Of a stretch of 64,000 nucleotides of DNA, positions 21,364 through 31,469 are shown piece after piece (positions within the stretch are counted from its first letter, which is position 1; every line of letters starts with the position of its first letter). This DNA is from an uncultured Gemmataceae bacterium. GTDB taxonomy: Bacteria; Planctomycetota; Planctomycetia; Gemmatales; Gemmataceae. Where the stretch lies: the NCBI GenBank assembly GCA_963750165.1, contig CAVVPN010000003.1, positions 288,001 through 352,000 on the forward strand. Direction: 5' to 3'. The position numbers and the translations under genes are program-made. Under the pieces are notes generated by a model, which had not been told where the DNA came from, did not search any database, and saw nothing but the letters and a program-made list of their open reading frames with translations.

Positions 21364-21512
21364 CGCCGGGCTGCGCGGTCAAATCGTTCGCGTCCCTTCA
21401 AATGTATGGCTTTTGTAACAACCCGCCGCCCGCGCCTGGACAGCGCGGCCGCGCAGACGGTACGCTGCACGGGGTTTTTCGCACCCCATCCGATTCGCTC
21501 TGCCTGGAGGGA

Positions 21513-22499
21513 ATGGCCATGCTGATCCGCCCTGGGCTCCTGCCGCGGGCCGCCCTGATACTCGCCGTCCTGCTGTTGACCGCCGGCCCGCTGCGGGCGC
21601 AGGCCCCGACCCTGCGGCGAACGCTGGAGGGGCACGGCGGCCAGGCGGCCAACCCGTCCTTCTCCCGGGACGGCAAGCTGCTGGCGGTCCCGTGCGGCGA
21701 CGGCGAAATCAAGGTGTGGGACGTGGCCACCGGCCGGCTTCAGTTTTCCCTGCGCGGCCACAGTCAGAACACGCTCTCCGCGGTGTTTTCACCAGACGGT
21801 CACCTGCTGGCCACGGCGTCGGACGACGGCACCATTCGCCTTTGGGACTTTGGGCGCCGGCAAGAAAAAATCACCCTCAAGGGCAACGGCCAGGTGTACA
21901 CCGCGGCCTTCGCCCCGCACGGCCGCACCCTCGCTACCGCCGGCCAGGACGGCGTCGTGCGCCTTTGGGACGTTGAGAGCGGCCGCGAAGTCATGGCCCT
22001 CAAGGGAGCCACGCGGTTTATCTATGGCGTGGCCTATGTGACGGGCGGCCGCACCCTGCTGGGCGTCGGCGGCGACGGGAAATTGCTCGTCTGGGACGTC
22101 GTCAAGGGCGAGCAGCGGTCCGCCTACCAGGGCGGCGCGGGGCAACTGTACTGCGTGGCGATTTCCCCGGACGGACGCACGGCCGCGTTCGGCGGTGACG
22201 CCAACCTCGTCAAATTGTGGGACCTGGAGACGGGCAAGGAGCGCCTGACGCTGCGCGGTCACGGCGGGCTGATCCTCGGCGTCGCCTTTTCGCCGGACGG
22301 CAAGACGGTGGCCTCATCGAGCGACGACGGCACGGTCAAGTGGTGGGACGCCGCTACCGGCCGGGAACTGGCCACACTCAAAGGACACTCGCAAGGGGTT
22401 TGGGGCGTGGCCTTCTCCTCGGACGGCCGCACCCTCGCCTCCGGCAGCCGTGACGGCACGGTCAAGCTGTGGGACCTCAATCCCAAAGCGGACAAGTAA
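21513..22499 (+). CDS. Secreted WD40 beta-propeller protein
   Basis: Signal peptide, ~7 GH...FSPDG..LA..S.DG.V.LWD repeats. Confidence 0.93.
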   Translation: MAMLIRPGLLPRAALILAVLLLTAGPLRAQAPTLRRTLEGHGGQAANPSFSRDGKLLAVPCGDGEIKVWDVATGRLQFSLRGHSQNTLSAVFSPDGHLLATASDDGTIRLWDFGRRQEKITLKGNGQVYTAAFAPHGRTLATAGQDGVVRLWDVESGREVMALKGATRFIYGVAYVTGGRTLLGVGGDGKLLVWDVVKGEQRSAYQGGAGQLYCVAISPDGRTAAFGGDANLVKLWDLETGKERLTLRGHGGLILGVAFSPDGKTVASSSDDGTVKWWDAATGRELATLKGHSQGVWGVAFSSDGRTLASGSRDGTVKLWDLNPKADK

Positions 22500-22540
22500 C
22501 GTCTGGAAGACAGAAGCACATTACTGCCGGAGGGACGATC

Positions 22541-23514
22541 ATGCATCGACTCGGTTGCGCGGCGTTGCTGGTGCTGCTGGCCGCCGCCCCGCTGCGGGCG
22601 CAGGCTCCGACGCTGCGGCGGACGTTGGAGGGCCATCTCGGCAGAATTGTATCGCACCTGGCGTTCTCGCCGGACGGCAAGCTGCTGGCGGCGCCGTGCG
22701 GCGAGGGCACCGTCAAGGTCTGGGACGCGACCACCGGCCGCGCGCGCTTCACTCTGAAAGGCCACACCGACTGGGCGTTCGCCACGGCCTTCGCGCCGGA
22801 CGGCAACGCCCTGGCCACGGTCTCCATTGACGGCACGGCGCGGTTCTGGGACCTGACCAGCGGCCGCGAGAAGTTGACGCTACGGGTGAATAACGTGCAG
22901 CTGTACACGGTGGCGTTCGCCCAGCACGGCCGCACGGTCGCCGCCGGCGGCCAGGACAACATCGTCCGCCTCTGGGACGTGGCCAGCGGCCGCGAGGTCA
23001 TGATCCTCAACGGGCACACGTCCTTCGTCCACGGCATCGCCTTCGCGCCGGGCAGCCGCACCCTGCTGTCCGTCGGTGGTGACGGCCAGATGATCGTCTG
23101 GGATCTGGTCAAGGGCGCAAGCGCGCCGCGTACCAGTGCGGCGCGGGCACCCTGCGGTGCGTGGCGGTGTCGCCGGACGGCAAGACAGCAGCGCTGGCCG
23201 GCGACTCCCATCTGGTCAAACTCTGGAACCTGGAAACGGGCCAGGAGCGCCTCACCTTGAAGGGGCACACCTTGCCAATTTACGGCGTCGCCTTTGCGCC
23301 GGACGGCAAGACGGTGGCCTCGGCGAGCGACGATGGCACGGTCAAGTTGTGGGACGCCGCCACTGGCGGTGAACTGGCCACGGTGAAGGGACACACGCAG
23401 GGAGTCTGGGGCGTGGCCTTCTCGCCGGACGGTCGCACCCTCGCCTCCGGCAGCCGCGATGGCACCGTCAAGTTCTGGGACCTGAAGGCCGCGGGGGGAA
23501 GTGGCGGACGGTGA
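22541..23514 (+). CDS. Secreted WD40 protein, tandem paralog; frameshift near 23118
   Basis: Same architecture (PLRAQAPTLRRTLEGH); frame change restores KRAAYQCGAGTLRCVAVSPDG. Confidence 0.88.
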
Positions 23515-23666
23515 CCCTTTTTCCGGGCGACGCAGGGTCTGTCAGGCACCTCGGCTGGACTGCCGGGCCATCATTCGCTAGACTCCGTTCGCGCGGTTCG
23601 GTCGCCCCGACGAACGCATCCCCTCCTGGTACGGAAGTCGCCCCAGCGAGGATACGCAGGCTCGGC

Positions 23667-24380
23667 ATGGCGAACTGGGAACTATTCCGCGAACGTTACC
23701 GCAGCGGCCGCTGGCGGGCGCCATTGTTCCGCGACCTCATCCTGGCGGATGTGTTGGCCCGCAGCCCGGGCCCGACGCTGCTGGACATCGGTTGCGGCCG
23801 CGGCTTCGACGACGACCCACGGTTGCAGGCGTCCCTGGCCCGGCACGCCAATCACTACATCGGCGTCGAGCCCGACGCGGCCGCCCCGCTGGCGGACTGC
23901 TTCGATGAGGTGCATCGCTGCCCGCTGGAGCACGCGGCGCTGGCGCCCGGCTCGGTCGATGTCGCCTTTTCGGTCATGGTGCTGGAACATCTGCGCCGGC
24001 CGCAGTCCTTCTTCGACCAGCTGCACATGGCTCTGGCTGAAGGCGGCGTCTTCTGGGCGCTGACGATGGACGCGCGGCACTGGTTTTGCACCGCCTCGAT
24101 GGCCATCGGCCGCCTGGGCGTCAAGGGGTTGTACCTGGACTGGGTCTGGGGCCGCGGCCGTTACCGCAACTATCCAGCGTACTACCGGGCCAACACACCG
24201 GCACAAATTCGGCAGCTGGCGCGGCGCTTCCGCGATGCGCGTTGCGCCAACTTCGCCCGAGAGGGGCAGCTGGACCCGTACCTGCCGCGGTCACTGCGGC
24301 CGCTGGGCCGGCTGCTGGACCGGCGCGAGGTCGCCGGGAAACGGCCCGGCCCGCTGCTCGCCGTCCGGCTGGAAAAGTGA
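23667..24380 (+). CDS. Class I SAM-dependent methyltransferase
   Basis: LLDIGCGRG, GVEPD, VLEHL, GGVF. Confidence 0.85.
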   Translation: MANWELFRERYRSGRWRAPLFRDLILADVLARSPGPTLLDIGCGRGFDDDPRLQASLARHANHYIGVEPDAAAPLADCFDEVHRCPLEHAALAPGSVDVAFSVMVLEHLRRPQSFFDQLHMALAEGGVFWALTMDARHWFCTASMAIGRLGVKGLYLDWVWGRGRYRNYPAYYRANTPAQIRQLARRFRDARCANFAREGQLDPYLPRSLRPLGRLLDRREVAGKRPGPLLAVRLEK

Positions 24381-24499
24381 GCCGAGCCCCTGTATACCAA
24401 AACCCTGGGCCGGTGGGAATCGCAGGCGTCTTGACAGCACCGCGACCTGACCCGCCGGCCCGTTCTCCAGATCCCATGCGGGTACCCGCGCCCGGCCGC

Positions 24500-24845
24500 T
24501 CAGGTTCCCTTTTTGTCGGAACGACGGAGCAGTCGCCGAACCACCCTTCGCCAATCCATCTCCACCCAATTGTCGCCGAGTGGGGCGACTCGCCAGTGTC
24601 GCCACCCCGCCAGGTCGAACTCGCCAGCCATCCAGTCCGAGCGCACGCCGTTGCTGGTGTGGATGACGACCGGGCCAGGGGTGGGAGTTGATGTTGCCGC
24701 GCCAGGGCCGTAATGCCGACCTCTTCCTGCCAAACCTGGGCTTCGTAATACAGGGCTTCGGTCAGGACGACCACCAGATCCAGCGCCGCATAAACGGTAC
24801 GCTGAGTGGAGGTGTGATACCGGCCCATCGTTAGGCTGCCCAGCT
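24500..24845 (-). pseudogene. Remnant of a RES-domain-like protein joined to unrelated coding-like sequence
   Basis: GRYH...TVYAALDL...LTEAL resembles the RES N-terminal R...E motif; frame breaks near 24675. Confidence 0.4.
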
Positions 24846-24934
24846 ACGACCCCAGGCCGGTCAAGACTTGGTTCTGGCGGACTTTCTGGTTCGCGCGGCG
24901 AGCCGGAAACGGGGTTCCTGTGCTCCGACCGCGC

Positions 24935-27900
24935 TCATCCCGGCTGTGCCGGCACCGGCTCCGCAGGCGCCGGTGCTGGCTCTTCCTGAGGCGGCGGAGC
25001 GGGCTGCGTCTCCGGCATTGGCGGCGGTGGCGTGGACGCTTCCGGCTCAGCGGGGGCAGGGGCTGAGGCCGGCGGTTCCGGAGGCGGTGGTGGCTGCTCA
25101 GCCGCGGGCGGGGCCGGTGGTGGCGGCGGTGGCGCGTTCTTGGCCGCGAACAGCGCACTCAGTTCGCCGAACGTCCGCAGCGGCACCTTGCCCTCGATGG
25201 CCGCCTGCGTCAACTTCGGCTTGGGCGGTTCGCGGCGCGGCTTGCGCGGCGGCTCTGGCGGCCGGGGCGGCGGCTTGGTGCCGCCTTCGGCCGGCGGTGG
25301 CGTGGACCCCTGGGAACCCGAAACGGGCCTGCCTCCGCCCGGCCGACGCGGCGGCGGACCACCGCGCCCCTGACCGGGACGCCCGCCACCTTGCGGCGGC
25401 CCCTGGCCAGCGCCGGCGCCCTGCGGCGGCCCCTGGCCCTGACCCTGGCGCTGCTGCGGCGGCCGGGCGCCGCGCGGCGGTGGCCGACGCGCGCCCTCCG
25501 GCCGAGCGCCCTCGGGCCGACCACCCTCCTGACGTTGCTGCTGGGGCGGCCGACGCTCCGGCGGCTTGCGCTCGGTGCCGGGCTTAATCATCGTCAGCGA
25601 CACCCGGTGCCGCTGCGTGTCCACCGACAGCACCCACACCGTCACCACATCGCTGACCGCCACCACGTCATACGGGCTCTTGATATAGCGGTTGGCCATC
25701 TGGCTGATGTGAACCAGGCCGCTGTCCTTCAGACCGATGTCCACGAACGCGCCGAAATCGACCACGTTCAGCACCGTGCCCTTTAGCTCCATGCCCGGCT
25801 GCAAATCCTCCAGCTTGAGGATGCCCTTCTTGAAGATCGGCGGCGGCAAATCTTCGCGCGGATCGCGGCCGGGCCGGGCCAGTGAGTCCAGGATGTCGCG
25901 CGCCGTCGGCACGCCGAGCGCCAGGGTTCGGGCCAGCTCCTCCGGCGACAGCGACTGCAACTTGCCGTGGAACTCCGCCGCCTGGCTCTTGTCATCGATC
26001 ACGGCCGGCTGATAGCCCAGTTCGCCCAGCAGTTTCTCGGCGGCGGGATAGCTTTCGGGGTGAATCCACGTGCGGTCGAGCGGGTTCGGGCCGTTGGGAA
26101 TCTTCAGGAAGCCGGCCGCCTGCGTGTAGCGGGCCTCGCCAATGCCGGGCACCTGCAGCAGTTGATCGCGGCTCTGGAAGGGGCCGTGCTGCTTGCGATA
26201 CTCCACCAGGTCGCGGGCCACCATCTGGTTCATGCCGGACACGTGCCGCAACAGCGGCACGCTGGCAGTGTTCAGGTCCACGCCAACCTGGTTGACGCAC
26301 GATTCGATGACCGCCTCCAGCGACTCCTTCAAATGCTTGGGGTTCACGTCGTGTTGGTACAGGCCGACGCCGATGCTCTGCGGATCCACCTTGACCAGCT
26401 CGCTGAGCGGATCCTGCAACCGGCGGCCGATGGAGATGGTGCCGCGCAGTGTGGCGTCGTAGTCGGGGAACTCCTCGCGACCGACCTGGCTGGCGGAGTA
26501 GACGCTGGCCCCGGCCTCGTTGACGATGACGTAGGCCAGCTCCGGCAGCTTCTCGCCAATCAGCTCGGAGACGAACTCCTCGGTTTCCCGGCAGGCGGTG
26601 CCGTTGCCGATGGCGATGACGTTGAGTTGATGCTTCCGCACCAGGTCTTCCAACCGGTTCTTGGCTTCATCGCGTTTGCTGATCGGCGGCGCGGGCGGTG
26701 GTGGAGGCGGCGGCACCTCGGCGGCCGGCAAACCAGCCTCGGCCGCCTGCGCAGTCGGCGGCGTCTCGGTGAACGTCGGCGTGTCCGCGACGGCTTCGGG
26801 GGCTGGCGGCGCCTCGACGGCGACAGGCGGCGCCTCGGCAGACGGTGGCGTTTCCACCGCGAGCACGGGCGGCGGCGCCTCGGCCGATGGCGCAGGCGGG
26901 GCCTCGGTGGGCGGCGGCGCTTCCGCGACGGGCGCAGGCGGGGCCTCGGCGGCGGGCGCCGGGGGTGGCGCGGCCTCTTGTGGCTTGGGTTCCTGCGGTT
27001 TGGCTTCCTGGCGGCGGCCGTCGCCGCGGCCCTTCTTGCTGGTCTGGTGCGGGTAAATGATGTCGTGTTCGAGGAGGTTGCCATGCTCGTCGAGCGCGGC
27101 GACCTTGCAGCCGGTGCGGAAGCCAGGATCGATGGCCAGCACACGACGGCCGTGCAGCGGCGGTTGCAGCAGCAGACTGCGCAGGTTGCGGGCGAACACC
27201 TGCACGGCATGGCCCTCGGCCTCGTCGCTCAATTCGCGGCGGATTTCACGTTCCAGGCTTGGCAGCAGCAGCCGCTGCAATGCGTCATCCAGAACGGTGC
27301 GCAGAAAGGCAGCGTGTGGCGTCGTGTAGTCGGAGTCGGGAGAAAGCGGTTCGCCCGCGACCGGCGCGGCGGGCGGCGGCACCTCGGCCGGCGCCGGCAC
27401 CTCGGCGGGCGGCGCAGCCGGTTCGCCCGACCCGGCCTCGACCGCCGGCGCACCAGCGGCGGGGGGCGGCGGGGCGTGTTGCAGGCTCTCGGCCAGGCCG
27501 TGCAGTGCCGCACCACGAACCGCATCGGTGAGCCATTCCATGTGGACCTTGAGCGAGTTCTCCTTCTCGCCGCGGTTCAGCGCCAGAATGCGGTGCGGCG
27601 GAATTTGTCGCACGGACTCGGTGAACTGGAAGTAGTCCTTGTATTCGAGGCCCTGGCCCTCCGCGAGCTTGTCGCTCCTGGCGGAGCAGAGCTTGCCGGT
27701 CTCCCACAGGACGCTGCGGGCCGCGGCGCGGACGTCGGCGGTCTCCGCGATCATTTCCGCGAGGATGTGCTGCACGCCCTGGCGCACCTCCTCAACGGTC
27801 GGCAGTTCCTGCTCGGGGTTGACCAGCGCCGGCAGCAGTTCGTCAAGATTGGCGGCGGCGGGGTCGCGGTGCCAGATGGCCAGCGCCAGCGGTTCAAGGC

Positions 27901-28303
27901 CCTTCTCGCGCGCGATCGTTGCCAGGGTGCGCTTCTTCGGCTTGTAGGGCAAGTAGAGGTCTTCGAGGCGCTTGGCGGTGTCGGCGTGGAGGATGGCGCG
28001 ACGGAGCTGGTCGCTGAGCTTGCCCTGGTGCTCGATGCTTTTGAGGATGGTGCGCTTGCGGTCGGCCAGCTGGCGGAGCAGTTGCACGCGGCCCTGGATT
28101 TGACGAAGGACCTCCTCGTTGAGGCCGCCGGTGCGCTCCTTGCGGTAGCGCGTGATGAACGGCACCGTGTTGCCCTCGTCGAGCAACTGCACGACGGCCT
28201 CGACCTGCACTTTACGGATCTGCAAATCCTGCGCAATCCGCGAGAAGTCCAGGGAAGAGACTTCCGGAGTTTCGGCCGCAGGCGCCGTCACGAGATTCTG
28301 CAT
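24935..28303 (-). CDS. tex: Tex/YhgF RNA-binding transcriptional accessory protein with Pro/Ala-rich insertions
   Basis: LLDEGNTVPFITRYRKERTG, LEDLYLPYKPK, IDPGFRTGCK, IGNGTACRETE, RRLQDPL, S1 domain GAFVDIG..GLVHIS. Confidence 0.96.
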   Translation of the reverse strand: MQNLVTAPAAETPEVSSLDFSRIAQDLQIRKVQVEAVVQLLDEGNTVPFITRYRKERTGGLNEEVLRQIQGRVQLLRQLADRKRTILKSIEHQGKLSDQLRRAILHADTAKRLEDLYLPYKPKKRTLATIAREKGLEPLALAIWHRDPAAANLDELLPALVNPEQELPTVEEVRQGVQHILAEMIAETADVRAAARSVLWETGKLCSARSDKLAEGQGLEYKDYFQFTESVRQIPPHRILALNRGEKENSLKVHMEWLTDAVRGAALHGLAESLQHAPPPPAAGAPAVEAGSGEPAAPPAEVPAPAEVPPPAAPVAGEPLSPDSDYTTPHAAFLRTVLDDALQRLLLPSLEREIRRELSDEAEGHAVQVFARNLRSLLLQPPLHGRRVLAIDPGFRTGCKVAALDEHGNLLEHDIIYPHQTSKKGRGDGRRQEAKPQEPKPQEAAPPPAPAAEAPPAPVAEAPPPTEAPPAPSAEAPPPVLAVETPPSAEAPPVAVEAPPAPEAVADTPTFTETPPTAQAAEAGLPAAEVPPPPPPPAPPISKRDEAKNRLEDLVRKHQLNVIAIGNGTACRETEEFVSELIGEKLPELAYVIVNEAGASVYSASQVGREEFPDYDATLRGTISIGRRLQDPLSELVKVDPQSIGVGLYQHDVNPKHLKESLEAVIESCVNQVGVDLNTASVPLLRHVSGMNQMVARDLVEYRKQHGPFQSRDQLLQVPGIGEARYTQAAGFLKIPNGPNPLDRTWIHPESYPAAEKLLGELGYQPAVIDDKSQAAEFHGKLQSLSPEELARTLALGVPTARDILDSLARPGRDPREDLPPPIFKKGILKLEDLQPGMELKGTVLNVVDFGAFVDIGLKDSGLVHISQMANRYIKSPYDVVAVSDVVTVWVLSVDTQRHRVSLTMIKPGTERKPPERRPPQQQRQEGGRPEGARPEGARRPPPRGARPPQQRQGQGQGPPQGAGAGQGPPQGGGRPGQGRGGPPPRRPGGGRPVSGSQGSTPPPAEGGTKPPPRPPEPPRKPRREPPKPKLTQAAIEGKVPLRTFGELSALFAAKNAPPPPPPAPPAAEQPPPPPEPPASAPAPAEPEASTPPPPMPETQPAPPPQEEPAPAPAEPVPAQPG

Positions 28304-28365
28304 TGTGCTGTGCTCAACGATGCGGCTGTTCCGCGATTGCCAACCATTACCGGCCCGGTCGGGAT

Positions 28366-28394
28366 ACTGTAGCGCGTTGAGGTGCGGGTGTCAA
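28366..28394 (-). promoter_or_regulatory. Sigma70-type promoter for tex
   Basis: TTGACA-17 nt-TACAGT on the minus strand, ~60 nt upstream of the ATG. Confidence 0.65.
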
Positions 28395-28477
28395 GCCGGC
28401 TCTCGAAAGATGGTTGCTCGGTTGGGGTTGACAATGGCTGACGCTACCGTTCGCCGCCACCGGGAGGCACCCCCGCG

Positions 28478-28654
28478 TCAGGGCGCCTTGCCCATTTTTT
28501 GCACCAGCACCCCGGCGAAGAACACCAGGATACCGACCGCCGACCAGAACAGCGAGTCCTTCAACTCCAGCGAATGGTTGATCTCCGCGGAGATGGCGAG
28601 GGGCACGATGATGAGCCCGATCAGTTGCAGGATGCGGCCAAGGAGGTACAGCAT
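28478..28654 (-). CDS. Small two-TM membrane protein
   Basis: MLYLLGRILQLIGLIIVPLA...SLFWSAVGILVFFAGVLVQ. Confidence 0.7.
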   Translation of the reverse strand: MLYLLGRILQLIGLIIVPLAISAEINHSLELKDSLFWSAVGILVFFAGVLVQKMGKAP

Positions 28655-28763
28655 GGTGCGTTCCGCCGCCGTCTCGAAAGCGAGAAGCGGCCCGCCGCCG
28701 CTTCTCAAATCTGGTACATCCGGGCCCCCGAGCCGCGGTGGCGGTTTGTTCATTCTAAGCGCT

Positions 28764-28824
28764 CCGAGCCGCGCACGCAGCGCAGCGGAGTAAGCGCCGC
28801 CCCAGCGCTGCGTGCGCGGCTCGG
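28764..28824. repeat. REP-like palindrome, family E (CCGAGCCGCGCACGCAGCG arms)
   Basis: Partial copy of 38507-38586. Confidence 0.85.
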
Positions 28825-28922
28825 TCGAAATAATGACCGTTTTTTCGACTCGGGGGACCGGCACGCGAATTGCGTTCCGACTTTTGCCCATCCAGTGCGG
28901 AAGATCGGCGGAGCTGGGGTTC

Positions 28923-28950
28923 TTGACATCGCGCCGGGGACGGCTACAAA
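28923..28950 (+). promoter_or_regulatory. Candidate sigma70 promoter for the cox operon
   Basis: TTGACA-16 nt-TACAAA about 95 nt upstream of the cytochrome c gene. Confidence 0.45.
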
Positions 28951-29044
28951 ACCCCTGTCCCGGTCAAACGGTTGACTCCCGTGGCAGTAGGAGGCGGCGT
29001 CACGTCCCGTGCCGTTGCGGTGCGGCGGCCATGCCGAGAATTCG

Positions 29045-30322
29045 GTGACTTCCCGTTGGTTCCCTTCCAGATACGTCTCCCCCTGGTTGCTGACGGTGCC
29101 GGTGCTGATCGGCGTCGTGCTGCTGCCGGGCTGCAACGAAGATACCTACTCCGAGTCGATGAGCTACCCTGTGCGCATCGACCCCATCGTGCGTGACCTG
29201 GACAAGACGAAGGAGTTCAACGACCCGGTGCCGCCCGGCGTGCTGCCGCTGACGGTCTTCAACGACATCTACAAGTCGGGGCCGTACAACCCCTACTACG
29301 AGGATCGCGACAAAATCTGGAAGAACGAGAAGCTGCGCGACCCCTTCTGTCTCTCCGACCAGGACAAGGCCGAGATCAAGAAGTCCCTGGATGAAGCGTT
29401 CGGCAAGCCGGCCCAACCGACCGTCAAGGTGGAGGGCGTGCCGGCGGCGACGCTCCAGGCGCTGCAACTCGACGAGAAGACGCTGGAACTCGGCAGCCGG
29501 TATTATCGGCTGCACTGCCTGCACTGCCACGGCCTGACCGGCGACGGTCGCGGTCCGAGCGGCAAGTGGCTCAACCCGCATCCGCGCGACTACCGCCAGG
29601 GCCTGTTCAAGTTCCAGTCCACCGACCAGACCATCGTTGTAGACAACAGCAACGTCCGCAAGCCGGCCCGTGAGGATCTCTACCGGACCATCCACGAGGG
29701 CATTGAAGGCACGTCGATGCCGGCCCACAACCTGCTCTCGGAGAAGGACAAGAACGCGCTGGTCAGCTACGTGATGCACCTGAGCATCCGCGGCCAGACG
29801 GAGTATCTGACGCTGGCCAACCCCAACGGCTTCAAGTACGACAGCGGCCCGGACGTGTTGTACTGGAGCAACAAGCAGAACAGCATCAAGAAATACATGA
29901 CTGACCGCGCCCGCGAGGTCATCCAGGAGTGGCTGTCCTCGCAGACCATGCGAATTCACCCCGGCGCCTACCACACGACTGACGCGGACATGAAGAAGTC
30001 GGTGCTGGCGGGGCAAAAGCTGTTCCTGGGTAGCAAGGCGGCGTGCGTGAGCTGCCACAAGGATTACGGCCGGCAATCGGTCTACAAGTGGGACGACTGG
30101 GGCACCGTCACGGCCAAGCCGCGCGACTTCACCAAGGGCATTTTCCGTGGCGGCCGGCGGCCGATTGACATTTACCACCGCATCCACTCCGGCATCAATG
30201 GCGTTGGTATGCAGCCGTTCGGCGCCACGCTGACCTCGGACGAAATCTGGCACCTGGTCAATTTTGTCCGCAACCTGTCCTATCCCGCCATGCGGAAGTC
30301 CTACGGCATTCAGATTGACTGA
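29045..30322 (+). CDS. Di-haem cytochrome c lipoprotein of the oxidase operon
   Basis: LPGC lipobox; CLHCH and CVSCH; PRD(Y/F)..G.F motifs, GTSMP/GVGMQPF distal Met. Confidence 0.9.
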   Translation: MTSRWFPSRYVSPWLLTVPVLIGVVLLPGCNEDTYSESMSYPVRIDPIVRDLDKTKEFNDPVPPGVLPLTVFNDIYKSGPYNPYYEDRDKIWKNEKLRDPFCLSDQDKAEIKKSLDEAFGKPAQPTVKVEGVPAATLQALQLDEKTLELGSRYYRLHCLHCHGLTGDGRGPSGKWLNPHPRDYRQGLFKFQSTDQTIVVDNSNVRKPAREDLYRTIHEGIEGTSMPAHNLLSEKDKNALVSYVMHLSIRGQTEYLTLANPNGFKYDSGPDVLYWSNKQNSIKKYMTDRAREVIQEWLSSQTMRIHPGAYHTTDADMKKSVLAGQKLFLGSKAACVSCHKDYGRQSVYKWDDWGTVTAKPRDFTKGIFRGGRRPIDIYHRIHSGINGVGMQPFGATLTSDEIWHLVNFVRNLSYPAMRKSYGIQID

Positions 30323-30336
30323 AAGGGAGTTGGCCC

Positions 30337-31449
30337 GTGGTGAAGATGTGGAGTGTATTGTTCGCGATCATGACGCTGGCGAGCCTGGGCCTGTTCATCA
30401 TTTCGCCGGCCATGGGCTGGTGGCTGCCCAAGCAGGCGTCCACGCACGCGCACAACATTGATGATTTGTTTTACATCATCCTGTACATCACGGGATTTTT
30501 CTTCATCCTGACGGAAACCCTGCTGTTCGTGTTCATGTGGAAGTACGCGGTGGAGCCCGGCCAGAAGCGCGTGCCGGCGCCGGTGGCCCAGGCGCACACG
30601 CCTCCACAGGGCGGCCTGTTCGCCAAGGTCAAGGACCTCATCCACGACGAGCACCGGCTGGAAATGCTGTGGACGATTGTGCCGGCGGTGATCCTGCTAT
30701 ACATCGCTTTTGCCCAGGTCGGCGCCTGGGCGGAGGTCAAGTACCAGGCCCGTATGCCGCAGGCCGGCCGGGACGGCTTGAAGGCCAACCAATCGCCGCT
30801 GCACCTGGCGGTGACCGCCCGCCAGTGGGAGTGGCGCGTGCGTTACCCCAGCCTCAAGACGCTCGACCACTGGAATACCAAGCCTGCCGACGGCGATGTC
30901 TGGGGCCGCAAGGCTCAGTTCGATGATGTGCATGTCGTGAATGAGATTCACACCTGGGTTGGCCAGCCGACCGTCGTCCATTTGCGCACCAACGACATCA
31001 TTCACAGCTTTTTCCTGCCGCAGATGCGCGTCAAGCAGGACGCGCTGCCGGGCAAGATCATTCCGGTGTGGTTCACGGTGAAGCCGGACATGTACAATTG
31101 CAAGCCGCACCTGGTGTACATCAAATCAAATACGACCCCGCCGGACAGCAAGCAGCCGTGGGTGCTGTACGACAACAAGGAGACGAAGGACGGCTACGCC
31201 TGGGTGAGCCACTGGAAGGACGGCTACGATGCCGACCCCAAAAACGAGGCCGGACAGCAGTTCAAGGACAAGAGCCAGATCTGGGAACTCAACTGTGCCG
31301 AGCTGTGTGGCGCGTTTCACTATCGCATGATCGGCCGGGTTTATGTCCACGAGAATGAGGCTGACTTCCGCCGCTGGCTGGAGCTGGCCGAGAAGCACCA
31401 GAACGATCACGGAACACCCGCGGCGCCGGGCGGGCCCGCGCACAAATAG
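30337..31449 (+). CDS. coxB: Cytochrome c oxidase subunit II
   Basis: LEMLWTIVP, QWEW, DIIHSFFLP..RVKQDALPG, CuA CAELCGAFHYRM. Confidence 0.95.
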   Translation: MVKMWSVLFAIMTLASLGLFIISPAMGWWLPKQASTHAHNIDDLFYIILYITGFFFILTETLLFVFMWKYAVEPGQKRVPAPVAQAHTPPQGGLFAKVKDLIHDEHRLEMLWTIVPAVILLYIAFAQVGAWAEVKYQARMPQAGRDGLKANQSPLHLAVTARQWEWRVRYPSLKTLDHWNTKPADGDVWGRKAQFDDVHVVNEIHTWVGQPTVVHLRTNDIIHSFFLPQMRVKQDALPGKIIPVWFTVKPDMYNCKPHLVYIKSNTTPPDSKQPWVLYDNKETKDGYAWVSHWKDGYDADPKNEAGQQFKDKSQIWELNCAELCGAFHYRMIGRVYVHENEADFRRWLELAEKHQNDHGTPAAPGGPAHK

Positions 31450-31469
31450 CAGAAATCGAAGGAACAGAC

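Noticed and set aside
25967..28372. Long plus-strand ORF (801 aa) and similar long antisense ORFs (31851-33329, 34895-36832, 44843-46537, 53492-55342)
   Set aside because: Mirror frames of well-supported genes in high-GC DNA; no motifs
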